A stretch of DNA of 63,998 bases, counting the filler, from Dugesia japonica (Eukaryota): the NCBI GenBank assembly GCA_001938525.1. It is 6 parts of 6 records of this genome, joined end to end, with 100 filler letters (N's around TTAATTAATTAA, not from the genome) between each part and the next. Parts side by side here need not be neighbours in the genome. Positions count along the whole stretch, not along the records: positions 46,491 to 55,658 come from MQRL01588296.1; positions 55,759 to 63,998 come from MQRL01620565.1; 4 more parts are not named here. One strand, given 5' to 3'. The first letter of the stretch is position 1. Each line of letters starts with the position of its first letter. This document shows, in pieces, positions 49,550 through 63,348 of this stretch. The notes below the pieces were generated by a model that saw only the letters and a program-made list of their open reading frames with translations, was not told the origin of the DNA and did no database searches. Both the position numbers and the translations under genes were made by a program.

Positions 49550-49949
49550 TTATCAGAAAATGAATTTTAATCTCAAATTTATTGTTATTTGTTTGACAGC
49601 TAAATAAGGGGAAATAATGAACCCGTAAATAAAGGTATACGAATGAGCACTTCAAATATAAGTTGGAAGTAAACCGCTCTGTACCGAAGACCTAATAGGG
49701 GACATTAGGTAAATTCTTGAACGGGCCTCCTGAAGACTGTTTTTCCCTTAGCCAAATTTTTTCTTCTACAAACTCAAATGGAACCCCAAAAAAAGTATAA
49801 ATTACGAAAATTGAAAATTATTTTAGAAAATAAAATTAATTAAAAAATAAATAAATTACGTAAATTGAAAATTATTTTAGAAAATAAAATACAAAACTTA
49901 TATCAAAAATTAAAAAACTTTTCACATCTAAAATTTTTTAATCAATTTA

Positions 49950-51170
49950 GTCGAAAAAGCTGTCGGTGCATTAATGCTTAGCTTATGAAGTCTAATCATT
50001 AACGCTTCATACAACACTCTCTCCCAGTAATTTTCAAATTGCTTAAACAAAATTTAAAAATTTGAAATTTGAACAATCGAATTACAATTACTTTTTTTAA
50101 TTTTTTATGCTCAGCAATATTACTATCACCACCAAAACGATTATGCTCTTGAACCATTGTACATAAATCACGGGAAGTCTCTACTATGTATGTGGCATTA
50201 CACCAGTTACATTTAAATTGATAAACAAGGTTAAAACACAAATCAATTGGTGTATAGGATTTATTAACAAAGCTATTAACAATCTTATATGAAGTTGAAA
50301 CAATTTTCAACAAAAGAAGATCCTTAGAAGCTTTTAGAATCAAATTCTTAAACTATTTAAAACCTTGAGAAAACCGAATCAATAAAACTAATCGCCCAAT
50401 ACAGTTTGATAAAGTTTTATCAAGTTCACTATTATTTAACACAGTTTTAATCTTTCCATCGAAATTAATGTTATTACCAACCAATATTTTTACATATGTC
50501 TGCAAAGCCAAAGAATTTAAAAATTGTTTATTATATCAATTTGCTTGCAATAACTTTAATAAAAAGATAATATAGCGTTTCATGATCTTTTACCTTTTGC
50601 AACATCAAATTTTCAATTTCTTTTTAATGATGGTTGGTATAGACAGGTTTATGGTGCCGAGATGGGATTCCCAATAGCGACAACATTGGTTTCTTTTTTC
50701 TTTTCTAAATTAGAGAATAAGATTAATGATTCTTCTTCTTCTAAACCTTAATTTTATAAACGTTATTTTGATGACATTGTTTTTGTTTGTGAAAATCGTT
50801 CTCAAGTACATCAGTCTTTGGAGTATGTGAATGACTTGCATCCAAATATAAGCTTTACGCTTAAATAAAAGATAAATTCAACTATTACAGTTCTTGATTT
50901 GCTTTTTGAAACAAAGAATATATCCTTTAAAACAGAAATATATGAAAGTAAACGGATACCGGTTTGTTTATAAATTCTGCCAGTTTTTGTGACATAAAAT
51001 ATGAAAACAATATGATTAAAGAACTAATTAATCGTTCTTGTTATCTCTTCTACTTTTACCAAAGCAGGCAAAAGTCTAAATAAATTAATTGACTTACTTC
51101 ATAATAATGGGTATTCTAAATTATCTACGGACAAATTAGTTAATCTGCACCAGAATTCAAGAGCATAGTT
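49950..51170. mobile_element. Decayed Penelope-like element with internal inversion
   Basis: GIY-YIG on minus (NLVYQFKCNWCNATYIVETSRDL..VQEH). RT on plus (WYRQVYGAEMGFPI..LENKI..YKRYFDDI..LHPNISFT). Confidence 0.85.
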
Positions 51171-52612
51171 AAAATAGTTATATTGTTGAGCATCAAAAAA
51201 ACTTTTTAAAAATCAATAGGGTTTTCTGATTTTAAAATCTTATGCAGTGGATTTAATAATTATTTGAAGAAAATGATGTGTAAAGGTTTGTTGATAATGG
51301 CATTAAATTCTAAAAATAATGTTTAGTTGAGAGATTAAACATCGCTCTTAAAATTATTTTATTGATTTTTTATTGAGATTGCATTATTAAAATTATATAG
51401 TCATTTAAACTTTGTAAATAGTTTGTTTTAATATTTTTTAATTACCTGATATTTATTCCGTAGAAATTGATCGCATTTAATAAATATTTAAAAATATGAT
51501 ATTCTATTATTTATTCAATGATTGTTTATTAATTTTAAAAATTTGATTAAAATTAAAATTTAGAAAAATGATATTTATAACAAGGATTTTAAAAGAGTAT
51601 TTAATAGGCGGAACATTATCCCGAAAACTCTGTTGTTGATGTATCAATCATAGTTAACAGATTTTGCAAATCTCAACCTTGTTTTGGTCTTAATCTTAAC
51701 AGATTTGAAAATTTTCGTTGCACACTTTACTCCACACTCTAGGATAAAAATATTTTTCAGTTTCTTTTCATTTTTCTTTTGAAATTTTTTGACGAAAAGT
51801 TGGAATTTCAATATTTGAGATACTTATTTTTTGCCAAAATATATTTTATTTTTCTGTTCGGATTTAAATATTTTTAAAGAGAGCTGAGACTGCTTTCGAG
51901 AAAAAATAAAGCGGAAATTAAGTTCTAATGAACTTCTAATACAAGCATGCATTTCCTCGTCGATTCAAAAAAGCCGCTCTTTATTTTGGAATTTGTTTTC
52001 AGTTAGAAATGAAAATCAAACTTCGCAAAACCACAAAGACGCAAAGGGTAGAATGGTTTTAACTGCTTTTGAACTGATTAAAGGAAATGTACATAAAAGT
52101 ATTTAAAATTACATTTACCATGTTCATTGAAAATATATTTTAAAAAAACTGTTAGTGTTTTTAAACAAAGAAATTTGATTTACTCTGAATATACATATTT
52201 TCATTACTTTTTCATGGTTTCCAAAGGTTACCTATTTTAAAAATTTTGAAAATATTTTTCGTCATATGTTGAGAATCAATAATTTTAAAAATAAGCAGTT
52301 TTTAAAAATTAAGCCAAAGAAATACTTATCGTAAAATATTTTTTTAAGAAAACATAACAATCTACATCATTACGCTTCGATAAACTGCATTCAAATAAAG
52401 GTTTTTTTAAAGAAAATAATTAAATAAATAATATTCATTATTATCAGTGTTTGTTTTAATATATTTAATTTATCTAATTCCGATTATAAATTTCAATTTT
52501 GTAAATTTTGATTAATTTAATAATTTTTCTCTAAAAACTAATTTGATTAATGAAAATATTTTTTCATTTTGTATTATTTTTTTTTATCTGATATAAAATA
52601 AAAATATTTTAG

Positions 52613-52966
52613 ATCAAATGGATAATGAGACACCAGTTGAACTGTCTAATATTGATGTAGTTCTTAAATTGTTTAATAAAGAACTTATTAATGGGAATTT
52701 ATGTGTATCGAAGCATCATTTAATGATAATGGATTTAAGTAAATCTCACAATGATTTCTTTGTAAAATCTAATTAATCCACTATACTTTTTTTTAATTAT
52801 TAATTTTAGCTTCAACATAAAGCTATCGATACAATAAAATTTTTAAATGATTTTACGTTGGAAATTAGAACTAAGAATTTTGAAATTTATCAATTAGAAG
52901 TAAATTCTCAGAATTCTCGAATAATATGGCAATTAAATTCTAGTTTATTAAGAGCTTCTAACGAAG
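52613..52966 (+). CDS. Two exons (52613-52761, 52810-52966) of an unidentified host gene
   Basis: AG/GT-bounded, open and phase-compatible across a 48-bp intron: QMDNETPVELSNIDVV...FF|LQHKAIDTIKF...RASNE. Confidence 0.65.
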
Positions 52967-53209
52967 GTAGTTTATGTTATTTTTTTGTAATTTAAAATAT
53001 TAATTAGTTGTTTAATAATAATAATAATAATAATACAGATAAAAAATAAAAATATTTGAATAAATTTAATATCCTATACTTATTTGATGGATAATTTAGC
53101 AATATTTAGCACAGACTCCAAAGTGAAAACTAACAAATTAATTCGGTTGATTATTTTAAAAATTATTTATTATAAAATATAAATTTATTTCTGTCGTTTA
53201 AACTGCAGG

Positions 53210-53570
53210 CGGAACTTGATTAGAATGAAAATTAATGCACCATTATGTTCAATTCGGCAGATTCATGACGTTGTCTTGATGAAATACCACTACTTTTCGA
53301 TTAGTTATTAGTCACTTCTGCTTCCTCCAATGGGTTTATTTACTAGACAAAAGCTTGTAATAGATTATACCGTTCCAGTCGTACTAAACTGAAAGGAGAA
53401 TTTTCAGTCTTTACCTATGCTCTCTTGTGCTGTTTAATATAGTTTTATAAACAATCCAGTTTTCATCACCTGTTATTAGTCGTTTTAAGAATGGATCTTC
53501 CTCGTAATCCGTGCATTCACGTGCAAATTACAAGCAGAAACGCACTCATTATTGTCAATTTATCAATTTA
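53210..53570 (-). mobile_element. mariner transposase remnant
   Basis: DPFLKRLITGDENWIVY, DWNGIIYYKLL, FHQDN. Confidence 0.7.
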
Positions 53571-53659
53571 TAATGCAACGATATAAAGAATAATCGCTGA
53601 TAACTAAATCTTAGAACGCAGGTAGAAATATATCTTTGTTTGTTGCCAATGGTCTAGAA

Positions 53660-54421
53660 CAGTGGTTGGCAAAGTGCGGCCCCAGAGCCGCATGTGGCTC
53701 TTTGGTTCCTTAAGTGCGGCTCTGAAACAAATATTCATGGAAGGCGCAATAATTTTTCATTTAAAAAACCACGCAAAAAATTACATCTGTATTTGATAAA
53801 TTAAAATAACCGAGTTAGAATTTTCTCCGTTTGGAATTGACATTGGTAGCTGTGAAATACAATTGCTGGATTTAAAAAACAAGGAGATAATGCGCTCTAA
53901 ATTCGAATGTCTTTCTGTTGAATTGGAAATATTGGAGAAGAAAAACTCAGATCTTAGTTCGCAACACAAGTGGTCTGCTTTGAATGACCTTGAGAAGGAA
54001 GACATGATCATTTTCAACTCTTGGAATATTATTCCTGACTCTTACGATCAGCTGAAAAAGCTCGAGTTACCTTTTCTTTCCCTTTTCGGTTCTACTAAAA
54101 TATATGCGAAAAATCTTTTTCAAGCATGAACATTATCAAGAGTAAACTGAGAAGTCGTCTTATTGACACGAGAACTTGGAATCATGCCTAAAATTAAAAA
54201 CAACGACATACAAACCTGACTTACTCAAACTTTCAAAGGAGATGCAAGCACATTACTCGCATCAATAAATATTATTAAGTGTGAAATTTAGTTTTATTTA
54301 GTGGAATACTTATTTTATGTAATAAAATTTTACTAAACAAGCCGATTTGGCTCCCAATTTTTATTTAAATGGTTGCAATGTCCATATTTGGCTCTTTGGC
54401 TAAACAGTTTGCCGATCACAG
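53660..54421 (+). mobile_element. Internally deleted hAT (Buster/Charlie-like) element
   Basis: TIRs CAGTGGTTGGCAAA / TTTGCCGATCACAG. TSD GTCTAGAA / GCCTAGAA. Transposase C-terminus LSLFGST...MNIIKSKLRSRL..NLESCLKL..YKPD. Confidence 0.9.
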
Positions 54422-54824
54422 GCCTAGAATATCGCGATGGAAACAGTTGGTGGTGTTTGTTTTACGATAATGCACCCAGCCACGCCACAAATCAATGATT
54501 GTTTCTCGGTATTTCTCTGTGCGGAATCATCGATTGTATTCGTATGAATTATCACCTTGTGAGTTCTCCTTATGTTACAACCATACAAACTGCTTCGANN
54601 NNNNNNNNNNNNNNNNNNNNNNNNNNNNNNNNNNNNNNNGCATTCCAATCTTTATTAAATCAATGCATTAACAGATACATTGACGTCAGAGGGGGGATTA
54701 TTTTGATTTCACAGTGTGTATTTTTCCAAATATGATGTACAACTGCTCTTTGTTTGTTCAAACAAAATCATTGCGATATAAAGAAAGAAAATAATCGTTT
54801 GCTAATAATCACCTCAAAATAATA

Positions 54825-55588
54825 CCGTGTTTCTCCGAAAATAAGGTCAAGCATGTTTTTTAGACTGTTTTCAGTTGGTTTTTAATATAAGACCTAATAA
54901 AAAGAGATTGTTAAATGAGTAAAGAATTCGTGGGACAAGATCACAATATGATTGTGTTGTAACTGCGCTACGTGTATAGGTTATCTAGACAAAAATCATT
55001 CATTTGAGGATATCTTTATCGCTAGACATGAGAGATATCGACCAATAATTATGCAAGAATTGGCATTGCGAAACCTGAATTATAATATAGACAATCTCGG
55101 TATCTCTGATGATGTTTTATTCACAATATCTCATTATATAACAGAATAAACATGCATATTTTTGCATATCTTTCAGAAAGCTTTCAAACAGTACAAATCC
55201 TTATTGCGTAATTTGAGAGAAAATTACTATCCCGATACAACAAAATACAAGCAAATCTTGTTGAAAATTAATCAATCAATATTCTTAAGAATGGTAAAAC
55301 GCAAATATCTAAATATTCCGATGTCAAAACAAAATATCTTCTCACTTTCAACTATGTTTTATATTTTATTTTAACACATAAATCTAAAAGGTTTGTAAAC
55401 TAAAATGCTTGAGAAATACTGATTTTATTTATTATTATTGTACATTTGTATAAATAATAAAAACAAAAAATCATGCCTTAAGATTTAAAAGACAAGGAAA
55501 TATAAGACCTATCCCAAAAATTAGCCCTGTTACATTTTCCAGTTGTGAAATTAATATAAGACCGGATCTTATTTTCGGGGAAACACGG
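54825..55588. mobile_element. Non-autonomous pogo/Tigger-type element
   Basis: TA|CCGTGTTTCTCCGAAAATAAG ... CTTATTTTCGGGGAAACACGG|TA, with subterminal AATATAAGACC repeats. Confidence 0.85.
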
Positions 55589-55593
55589 TAGTA

Positions 55594-55658
<65 letters not shown>

Positions 55659-55939
55659 NNNNNNNNNNNNNNNNNNNNNNNNNNNNNNNNNNNNNNNNNN
55701 NNTTAATTAATTAANNNNNNNNNNNNNNNNNNNNNNNNNNNNNNNNNNNNNNNNNNNNTGCATTTGTGATGGTAGAAATATATGCAATAAGAAAAATGTC
55801 ACTTATAAAATAACATGCACCATTTATCAAGATACATATATAGGTGAAACATGCAGAACCATCTAAACAAGAGTTAAGGAACATTTGAAACAAAAAGAAA
55901 GTGAAGTCTTCAAACACTTTCAACACAAACATAAAATTT

Positions 55940-56490
55940 CACAAGTTTCTTGCTCTTCAACAGACATCTCATTTTCAATTTTTTTGTTAGAAGCTGTCCC
56001 TTCCGCATCTTATATGACTTGTAGCCAATATCTTCTTCCATGCAGGGTCTTATTGTGCTGTTGCAGGTGCCTGTCTGTCGAGAAATCTCACGCATTTAAA
56101 TGGATAGTTCAACGAGTTGCTTCACATCTTCAATGAATTTTGGGTTTCTAACTCGCTGTTCTGCTCGAACGTGATTTTTTTCTGTTAGCAACCAGTTTGA
56201 CGTTAAAGTCTGAATCAACCAACTGCTTCCCGATTCTTTAAATTGTTTTCATAGGCAACTTCAATTTCTCACAAATATCATTATTGGTCATTCCGACGCA
56301 TATGGCATGCACTGTGACCTATCTTTTCCATTCCTCGGGCCACTGAAATTTGTTGAAATTTTGTAATATTTCCATTTTTGAATAAAGCATTGATCACATT
56401 AAATTTATCAATAAAAATAATGATATAAATGCAATTCTTTTATAAGTTTTTACTTTTAGAAAATGGCGCTAATTCTACTCGCACACCCTG
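55940..56490 (-). mobile_element. 5' half of a Tc1/mariner-superfamily element (maT/DD37D-like)
   Basis: TA|CAGGGTGTGCG terminus. HTH remnants ending MREISRQ..EDIGYKSYKMRKGQLLT. It abuts a Penelope GIY-YIG fragment. Confidence 0.7.
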
Positions 56491-56813
56491 TATAATATAA
56501 TCAGATACTGACAAAATTAGATAAGAAATATATTAAATGATGATCATGCTAACTAAAGAAAAAATTTAAATTTAAAGTTATGACAATTTACAATTTTACG
56601 TTTGTTATGTATATCTTCGATTGGTAATTCATTTTATTAACCACTACTAATATTTTGAGACATCATTTATTTTACTACTACAAACCATGTTTCATAATAT
56701 AAATAATATTGAAATACAAGCATTTGAATATTAATATTTATATAACTCAATTTCTATTGGGTGAAATCATTAATTAATAATTATTTCCTTATAACGTTTA
56801 AAGTAACTTTTAG

Positions 56814-59800
56814 GTTTTATGCAAGCTTGTCAAAATTATGAAGATGAAAATGTTACTGAAACTGCCATAACATTTAATAAAAAAGTATTTTTGATATCAT
56901 ACTACAACATTTTTAATTATTCTATTTAGGCAAACTTAGAATTGGAAATAAAGTCAATTGGAACAATGGAAAATGATCTAGAAATTTTGGAAAATCTTTT
57001 ACTTGATGGTTAATGTTTAATTGAAATGTTAAAAATGAAATATTTGTTTTAGGAATTTACCAAAAGCCAAATAATACAATTATTAGTAGTAATTGTAAAT
57101 GTAGGGTATTATACATGAAGGTACTTAAGCCAAGCCATCACGTGATTTATACCTTGATATATAGGAAGTGAAACCCCCATTAAAACATGAAGGATAAAAT
57201 GCTGGAGTTTTGGGATGCGGAAACACAAAAACCTTTGTATTTTTAGTCAGCGATTATAACTAAAATCAAAAGCAGGAAAATTAAATAAAAACGAAAAACT
57301 TGAAATTCATAATACGCAAATTAACTCTAAAAGACTAATGAAACATTTTCTAATAGATAAAATTGAATATAGAAAGTGAATTCAACATGGTAATGTAGAT
57401 ATGTTACATAGATCAAGATGTAAGCTATGTGTACAATTTAAAATGTCAAATGAAGATGCTAAGATCAAAACAAGAGTACTGAACACAATAGAAAAAGAAA
57501 AAGAGTATCAATAAATATTTCTTCGAAAAAAGTTTTAAACAAGAAAACGAAAATTCCGACTGACAAAATACATGAAACAATAGAAGAAATATACAAATTA
57601 TTTTGTTGAAAATGTGTAAGAATATATGATAGACAAACACATTACGAAGAATTTCTGGAGCCAAATACAAAAAATATTTCGTAATTGTGAAATTTTATCA
57701 GAAGACAAAAGTAGTGACGACAGCAACTAAAAAGAGAAAACAAAGAAATTAAAAGCCACTAAGTCATATTCATAAATATATGTGGGTCAATGCTGAAAAC
57801 AAGACGGAAAAAATACATTCTTGGAATAATATACCAGTTCATTAAATATCTGTTTCTTAATGACAAGACGAGAAAANNATGCGAAGAGATATTTTTGAGA
57901 AGTTGATTTTGAGATTTGGATGCCCAAGAGAGATAAGACTAGATTGTGGAAAAGTCTTCGAATCCGGAGTTATTCGAGAGTTGGCACAGAAACTAGTCAT
58001 TAAACTTTGCTTTTCNNNNNNNNNNNNNNNNNNNNNNNNNNNNNNNNNNNNNNNNNNNNNNNNNNAGCAACTAAAAAGAGAAAACAAAGAAATTAAAAGC
58101 CACTAAGTCATATTCATAAATATATGTGGGTCAATGCTGAAAACAAGACGGAAAAAATACATTCTTGGAATAATATACCAGTTCATTAAATATCTGTTTC
58201 TTAATGACAAGACGAGAAAANNNNNNNNNNNNNNNNNNNNNNNNNNNNNNNNNNNNNNNNNNNNNNNNNNNNNNNNNNNNNNNNNGATTGTGGAAAAGTC
58301 TTCGAATCCGGAGTTATTCGAGAGTTGGCACAGAAACTAGTCATTAAACTTTGCTTTTCGAGTCATCACATTGCAAACGGACAAATTAAAAGACACCACA
58401 GAAAAATTCGAGATTTAAATAATGTCACACTCCAGGAAAGACAACAGATTGGACAGACTTTTAAACAGAAATAGAATTTACAATGAGCGCAACAAAGCAG
58501 AAAACGACTGGAAATAGCCCGACTAAGATCGTATTTGGAAAGAAAATCAGCAGAGAAAAGTGATATGAGTCAGATGTTTAAGAGATAACTAAAGAAAACA
58601 TCTCAGAATTGATTAATAATGGAGTATTCAAAATATGAAATTATCTTCTCATCAAGGTAGAAACAAGAAATAAAAGACAATGCAAATTTAAAGGTCCTTC
58701 TTGAATAATTTAGAAATTCACTAAAGCCGGTACGTGGTACAAGGAGAAAATGAAAAACGATTGAAGAGAAATGTGGGAAAATTTAGAAAGTTTTTTAAGA
58801 AGGCGGATAAAGGAAATAATTAGGAATAATTTCAACCAATAGGAATTAAGATAAATTATTTTTATTAATGATTGGTTTCTATCGCACTTTGTTTTATTAA
58901 ATAAATTTATAGTTACAAATTAGAAATACAAAGCTGTGCGAAATGAATTGTAAATGTAGGGTATTACATTGAATGACAAATGAATTGTTGTGATTTCGAA
59001 AACAATTATCTTTAGAAGATGTACCTAACAAACTACATAAATTTAGAGTCTCTAGGTCTTTTCAAATACCAAGAATAAGACACTTGATTAATCTCTTCCA
59101 AGTATCTAAAGGACACAAAAGACTTATGAAATCCACCTCAAATAATGATAAGTGAAACATGTTCAGGTAATAATAATCAGAGGTAACATAATCCTCTTAA
59201 AACTACAACATAAGAAAATTATTGAGGAAATTGAGCACCAACATTCAAAATTTGCAATTTTTTGAGACAAAACTTCATTTATTTCACCCAGGATAAAATT
59301 TGGCAATTTTTAACTTGGTCATTTATAATCAACGAAAAATTCTCTATCGAATACACAAGGTGATTTTTAGTTTCGAAAAAAATTTATTTTTGAAAAATGA
59401 TCTCCATTGAATTCTGTACTGATTGATTTAAAAATCGCGATAAACCGTGAAAATTTTAATTAATTTTTAAAAGATTTAAATATTTAAACACAATCGAATT
59501 TTCTTCGAATTTCCCTAAAGCATTCCTTATCAAAATCAACCAAAATTTCATCAGAATCGACCATTGTGATCACATTTTTTACAAATAATTATCAAATTCA
59601 ACCATCCCAAGGAAATTTCTTGCCATAATTGCTCAAATTAGTCTATAATTGACCAAATTTTTTATTTCTCTGCTTTGTTATTGTAACGTCCTGGTTATTT
59701 TACGCGTTGTTATATGTTATTGTTAATGTTGCGCGGTTATGACGTATCACGAAAGTAATAAATGACCATTTAAGAATTTTAATTTTACGAAAACAAATTC

Positions 59801-62800
59801 TTTCTCTATGAATAAAATGCAATATTACATCATTACAAAAACTGTTATTTATATGTTTAATACTAAATAAATAATGAAAATAATGAAAAAAAAACGATAA
59901 AAATCATTTAAATCATTTTGTTTTCTAGTAATTCCTTCATTCTTTTATTTGTTAAATTCCTTTGAAATCTCTCGAAATGAAATCTCTATGAATGAAATGA
60001 AATGAAAGACAATTCCGAATACTTGAAGTGCATTTCATGTCTTCAGAAAATTAAAAAAAGCTTGACTGAACTTAAATTTACTAGAAATAGATTTTCAAAT
60101 TAACATTTCAGAAAACAAAGAATTTGATTTTTGTTAGAATAGCATGTGAAATATATAGAATATAATGAATCAAATGCGTTAAGAAAAAATTAATTAATTA
60201 ATTTATTTAATGAATGAGAATTAGGGAAATAAATAAATTACCCAAGAGATAAAGTAACCCACCACAATAACACGAGAAGTAATTGTATAATTACTTAAGG
60301 AGGAGGTTAATTAAACTATAAACTTAGATTAAATTTTAGAAAATAATTTTTTTAAGTAGTAAATAAATTATTTAAATAAGATGATTTAATAATTTTTTTA
60401 ATTATTTAAATTTAACAAAAATACATCTCCAAATTATCCTGCAAGAAATATCGAAAAACAATCGGAATCAAAACTTCCAAGAATCAGATTATCAAGGTTA
60501 GAATGTTAGAAAACATTTGGGGTCGGAACCGTAAGGGTATTAAAATTAACTGATTCTAGGGCAATTTCAAAATAGTTGATCAATAAATAAGAAATGATTT
60601 AGAATACATCCGCGCCAAAAATTGATATGTAAGGTGTCAAAAATAACATTGTAGTTAGTAGTCCTAAGTTGTGATAGCTATTAGAAAAAATTGCGGACTA
60701 TTTATGCATGAAGTATTTCATTCATTTGGTATAACGAATATTAGACAGCAATAAGCAAATGATTCCATGGTACTTGACAAGTTTAGGAAGTAAATNTTAA
60801 TGTCAATAACTTGTTGCAGTTAAAAATATTAATCGCATACATTGTGTCTAAGGATTAATGACGTTCTTGAATCTAATATGAATTTACGTTATGGATGAAG
60901 GCAAGTATATATGAAAAGTGTCGTAGCCTTATTTAATCATTTTGTATACCAGTAACGAACGTGGATATTGGAACCCAAGACAATGGAAAGCAGAGATGCA
61001 TCATTTGTGAGTTACCGGCTTTCTTTCGAGAATCGTGAACTAGGACTAAATTTAATTGTCGCAAGTGTCTAAGGTGTTCGCCGGAGACCTACAAGCCATA
61101 ATAGATAAGGAGAGGCAAAATTTACAATCTTATTTTTAAAGATTCTCTCCAAAATCCCAACACAAACACAATATTGTTTATGGATTATTAGTCCGTATAC
61201 TAAAGAAAGTATATGCAAATTCTGAAAAATGTATTCTTTCCAGGCTTTTGTAGAAAATGTGAAATATATACATTTACTTCATTCTTTTATAACGGTTTGT
61301 TTTTATTAGTTGTTTACGAAGACATTTTTGCATAATTCAAAACCATAAAACAACAAAATATGTCATATTGTTGTGTTTATAGGCTAAACTGAAGAGACAA
61401 TATTATGCCTTGTTATGTCGAAATAGTTGCTTAATTACTTAATNTACACTACATAAAATTAAAGAAACATTTATATTTTAATTGCAGATTTTGAAAAACG
61501 TATGATTGAATTTAAAGAAAGAATAATGAATAGCAGAGTGGTTAAAAACGATGATATGTACACCTCTTATTTGGAAAATCCTGACCAAGATAATTTTATT
61601 GCCAATTCAATTATCGAATTCAATAACGCAAAATTATATTTTAAAAATGAATTTTCCCAAATACAAATGGAATCTTTAATGCTTCAAAATCATCAGACAG
61701 CATTAATAAACGACTGGGCTCTTATTCAGGAATCTGAGTAAGATATTATTTTTATGTAATGTTATAAAGACATGTAAAATAATAATAGAACCGTTTCACT
61801 TTATTTTTTCCTTAATACTTGTATACTATGTCGACTAGTGTAACTCAATTTATAATTTATAACTTCTTCCTATTTTTGAAAAAGCTTTGTGAATGAATAA
61901 CAAATAAAATTTAGTTATTTGATTATAGAAATGGACTAAAATTCCCAGCCATTCATTTGAATGGCTTCCTTGGTCATATTGGCGATATGAGGACTGTCGT
62001 TGTCGTGCAGAAAAAGAACTTCATGCTCCAGATTAGGTCTTTTCTCTTGAATAACCGTGTTGAGCCGTTCTATATGTTGAACATAGAGCTCGGCGTTGAC
62101 CGTTTGATTCCGTCCAAGCAATTCGTAATGGATAATCTATTCCCAGTCCCACCATACGTACAACATCGTTTTACGCGGATGAAAATCTTGTTTAACGCGC
62201 AGTGTTGCTTGTTTACCCGGGCTATGCCATTCTCTGCTCTGCTTTATATTGATGTACAGATGTCATTTTTCATTGCCAGTAACGATTCGCTAAATAAATC
62301 TTTGCTTGTATCCATGGGTTGAGTGGTGACGAGCAAGCAAACCATTCGAGATTGTGGCTCGTTGATTTTTGTTTTTGTCACTTAAAGCATGCGGAACCCA
62401 TGCTCCTCACCCATTGAGTGAAGGTGCTTCTCTATAACAGTGTGAGAACATTCTATTTTCTCTGCTAGTTCCCTTGTCGTTTGACGAGAAATTTCATGCA
62501 AAAGTCATTTTAATCGCTCTTCCTTGAACTCAACTGACAGCCAAAACGAGGCAATTTGAGGTAAAAATTTCTATTATTAAACTTGACATACCAATCACGA
62601 GCGGTTCTTTCAGCTATAGCAACCTTCCCATACAGAGCACAAATATCACGAGCAGCTTTTATGGCCTCAGAACCTTGATTAAAAGCAAAAAGAAGGAAGT
62701 CTCGAAAATGCTCATTTTTGTTAACTTGACATTCCATTTTAGTTATCGAAAAATAAACAGAAATTAACTTAAATGAACTCAAAAAAAATAGATTACAAAA

Positions 62801-63165
62801 TGATTCCAAAANNNNNNNNNNNGAAAAAAATAGATTCCAAAATTTAAAAAACGGCGGGAACTTAGTTGTCAACTTAATACATTATATAAAGTAAAAGTTC
62901 ATAAAGTAAAATGTTTGTATTTATTTTCATGGTAAAATATATTTAAATTTTAATTTTCAGGATGAAGAGTGATTCGGATGTAATAAAAAGTACTCTGAAT
63001 TCAGTTTATTTAAAATTATTTTGATAATTACTAGATATCAGAACAAATTTTATTATCAATAATCAAATTATGAATAAATATTCAGCGATAATTTATATTT
63101 CAAATGATGGAAATACGTTTTATGAATGTAAAGAAACGCGATTCTGTGAATCCTGTGGAAGCAAA
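56814..63165 (+). CDS. Exons of an unidentified host gene (56814-56884, 56930-57008, 57053-~57105, 61488-61737, 62961-62989, 63035-63165)
   Basis: Open AG/GT-bounded segments with ~45-bp introns and mostly compatible phases. No recognisable domain. Possibly the same gene as 52613-52966. Confidence 0.6.
57112..58917 (+). mobile_element. Decayed Gypsy RNase H/integrase fragment with PPT and short 3' LTR
   Basis: IEYRK*IQHGNVDML, ILRFGCPREIRLDCGKVFES, TTGNSPTKIVFGK. AAGAAGGCGGA precedes an LTR-like tract ending GTTACA. Confidence 0.75.
61936..62877 (-). mobile_element. mariner transposon, 3'-truncated, decayed
   Basis: TA|TTAAGTTGACAACTAAG TIR. EHFRDFLLFAFNQG..AARDICALYG, IVTGNEK, HPRKTMLYVWWDWE, LHDNDSPH. 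Confidence 0.92.
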
Positions 63166-63348
63166 GTAAATTTTTAGTTAAAATTCAATTTTTTTCCAGT
63201 TGTATTTCATTATTTTCTTTATNACTTTTTGAGGATGGCAATTATTAAAATGGTAACATCTTGTTTCCAGATCAGTAATTCAATTACAAATCGTTAATCA
63301 ATTTTCGCAAACATTTAATTAGTTTTAAGGCTGCATTTTAGATTTGTA

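Larger units (their letters stand above)
46491..49791 (+). mobile_element. Right part of a long-LTR element related to the solo LTR at 14043-16606
   Basis: 49340-49791 aligns with 16150-16606 and ends AAACTCAAATGGAACCCCAAAA (versus AAACTCAGATGGAACCCCAACA). The left end lies beyond the contig. Confidence 0.75.

Noticed and set aside
11416-55714. Recurrent TTAATTAATTAA palindrome
   Set aside because: Always centred in identical N runs. It is an artificial six-frame-stop assembly linker.
57722-58360. Tandem duplication inside the Gypsy integrase remnant
   Set aside because: Identical sequence on either side of N gaps; most likely a gap-filling artefact.
59682-59837. Short TGTAA...TTACA segment as a solo LTR
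   Set aside because: No target-site duplication found.
60520-61100. Possible RTE-type LINE C-terminal remnant (TWIL...)
   Set aside because: Motif support is too weak to call.
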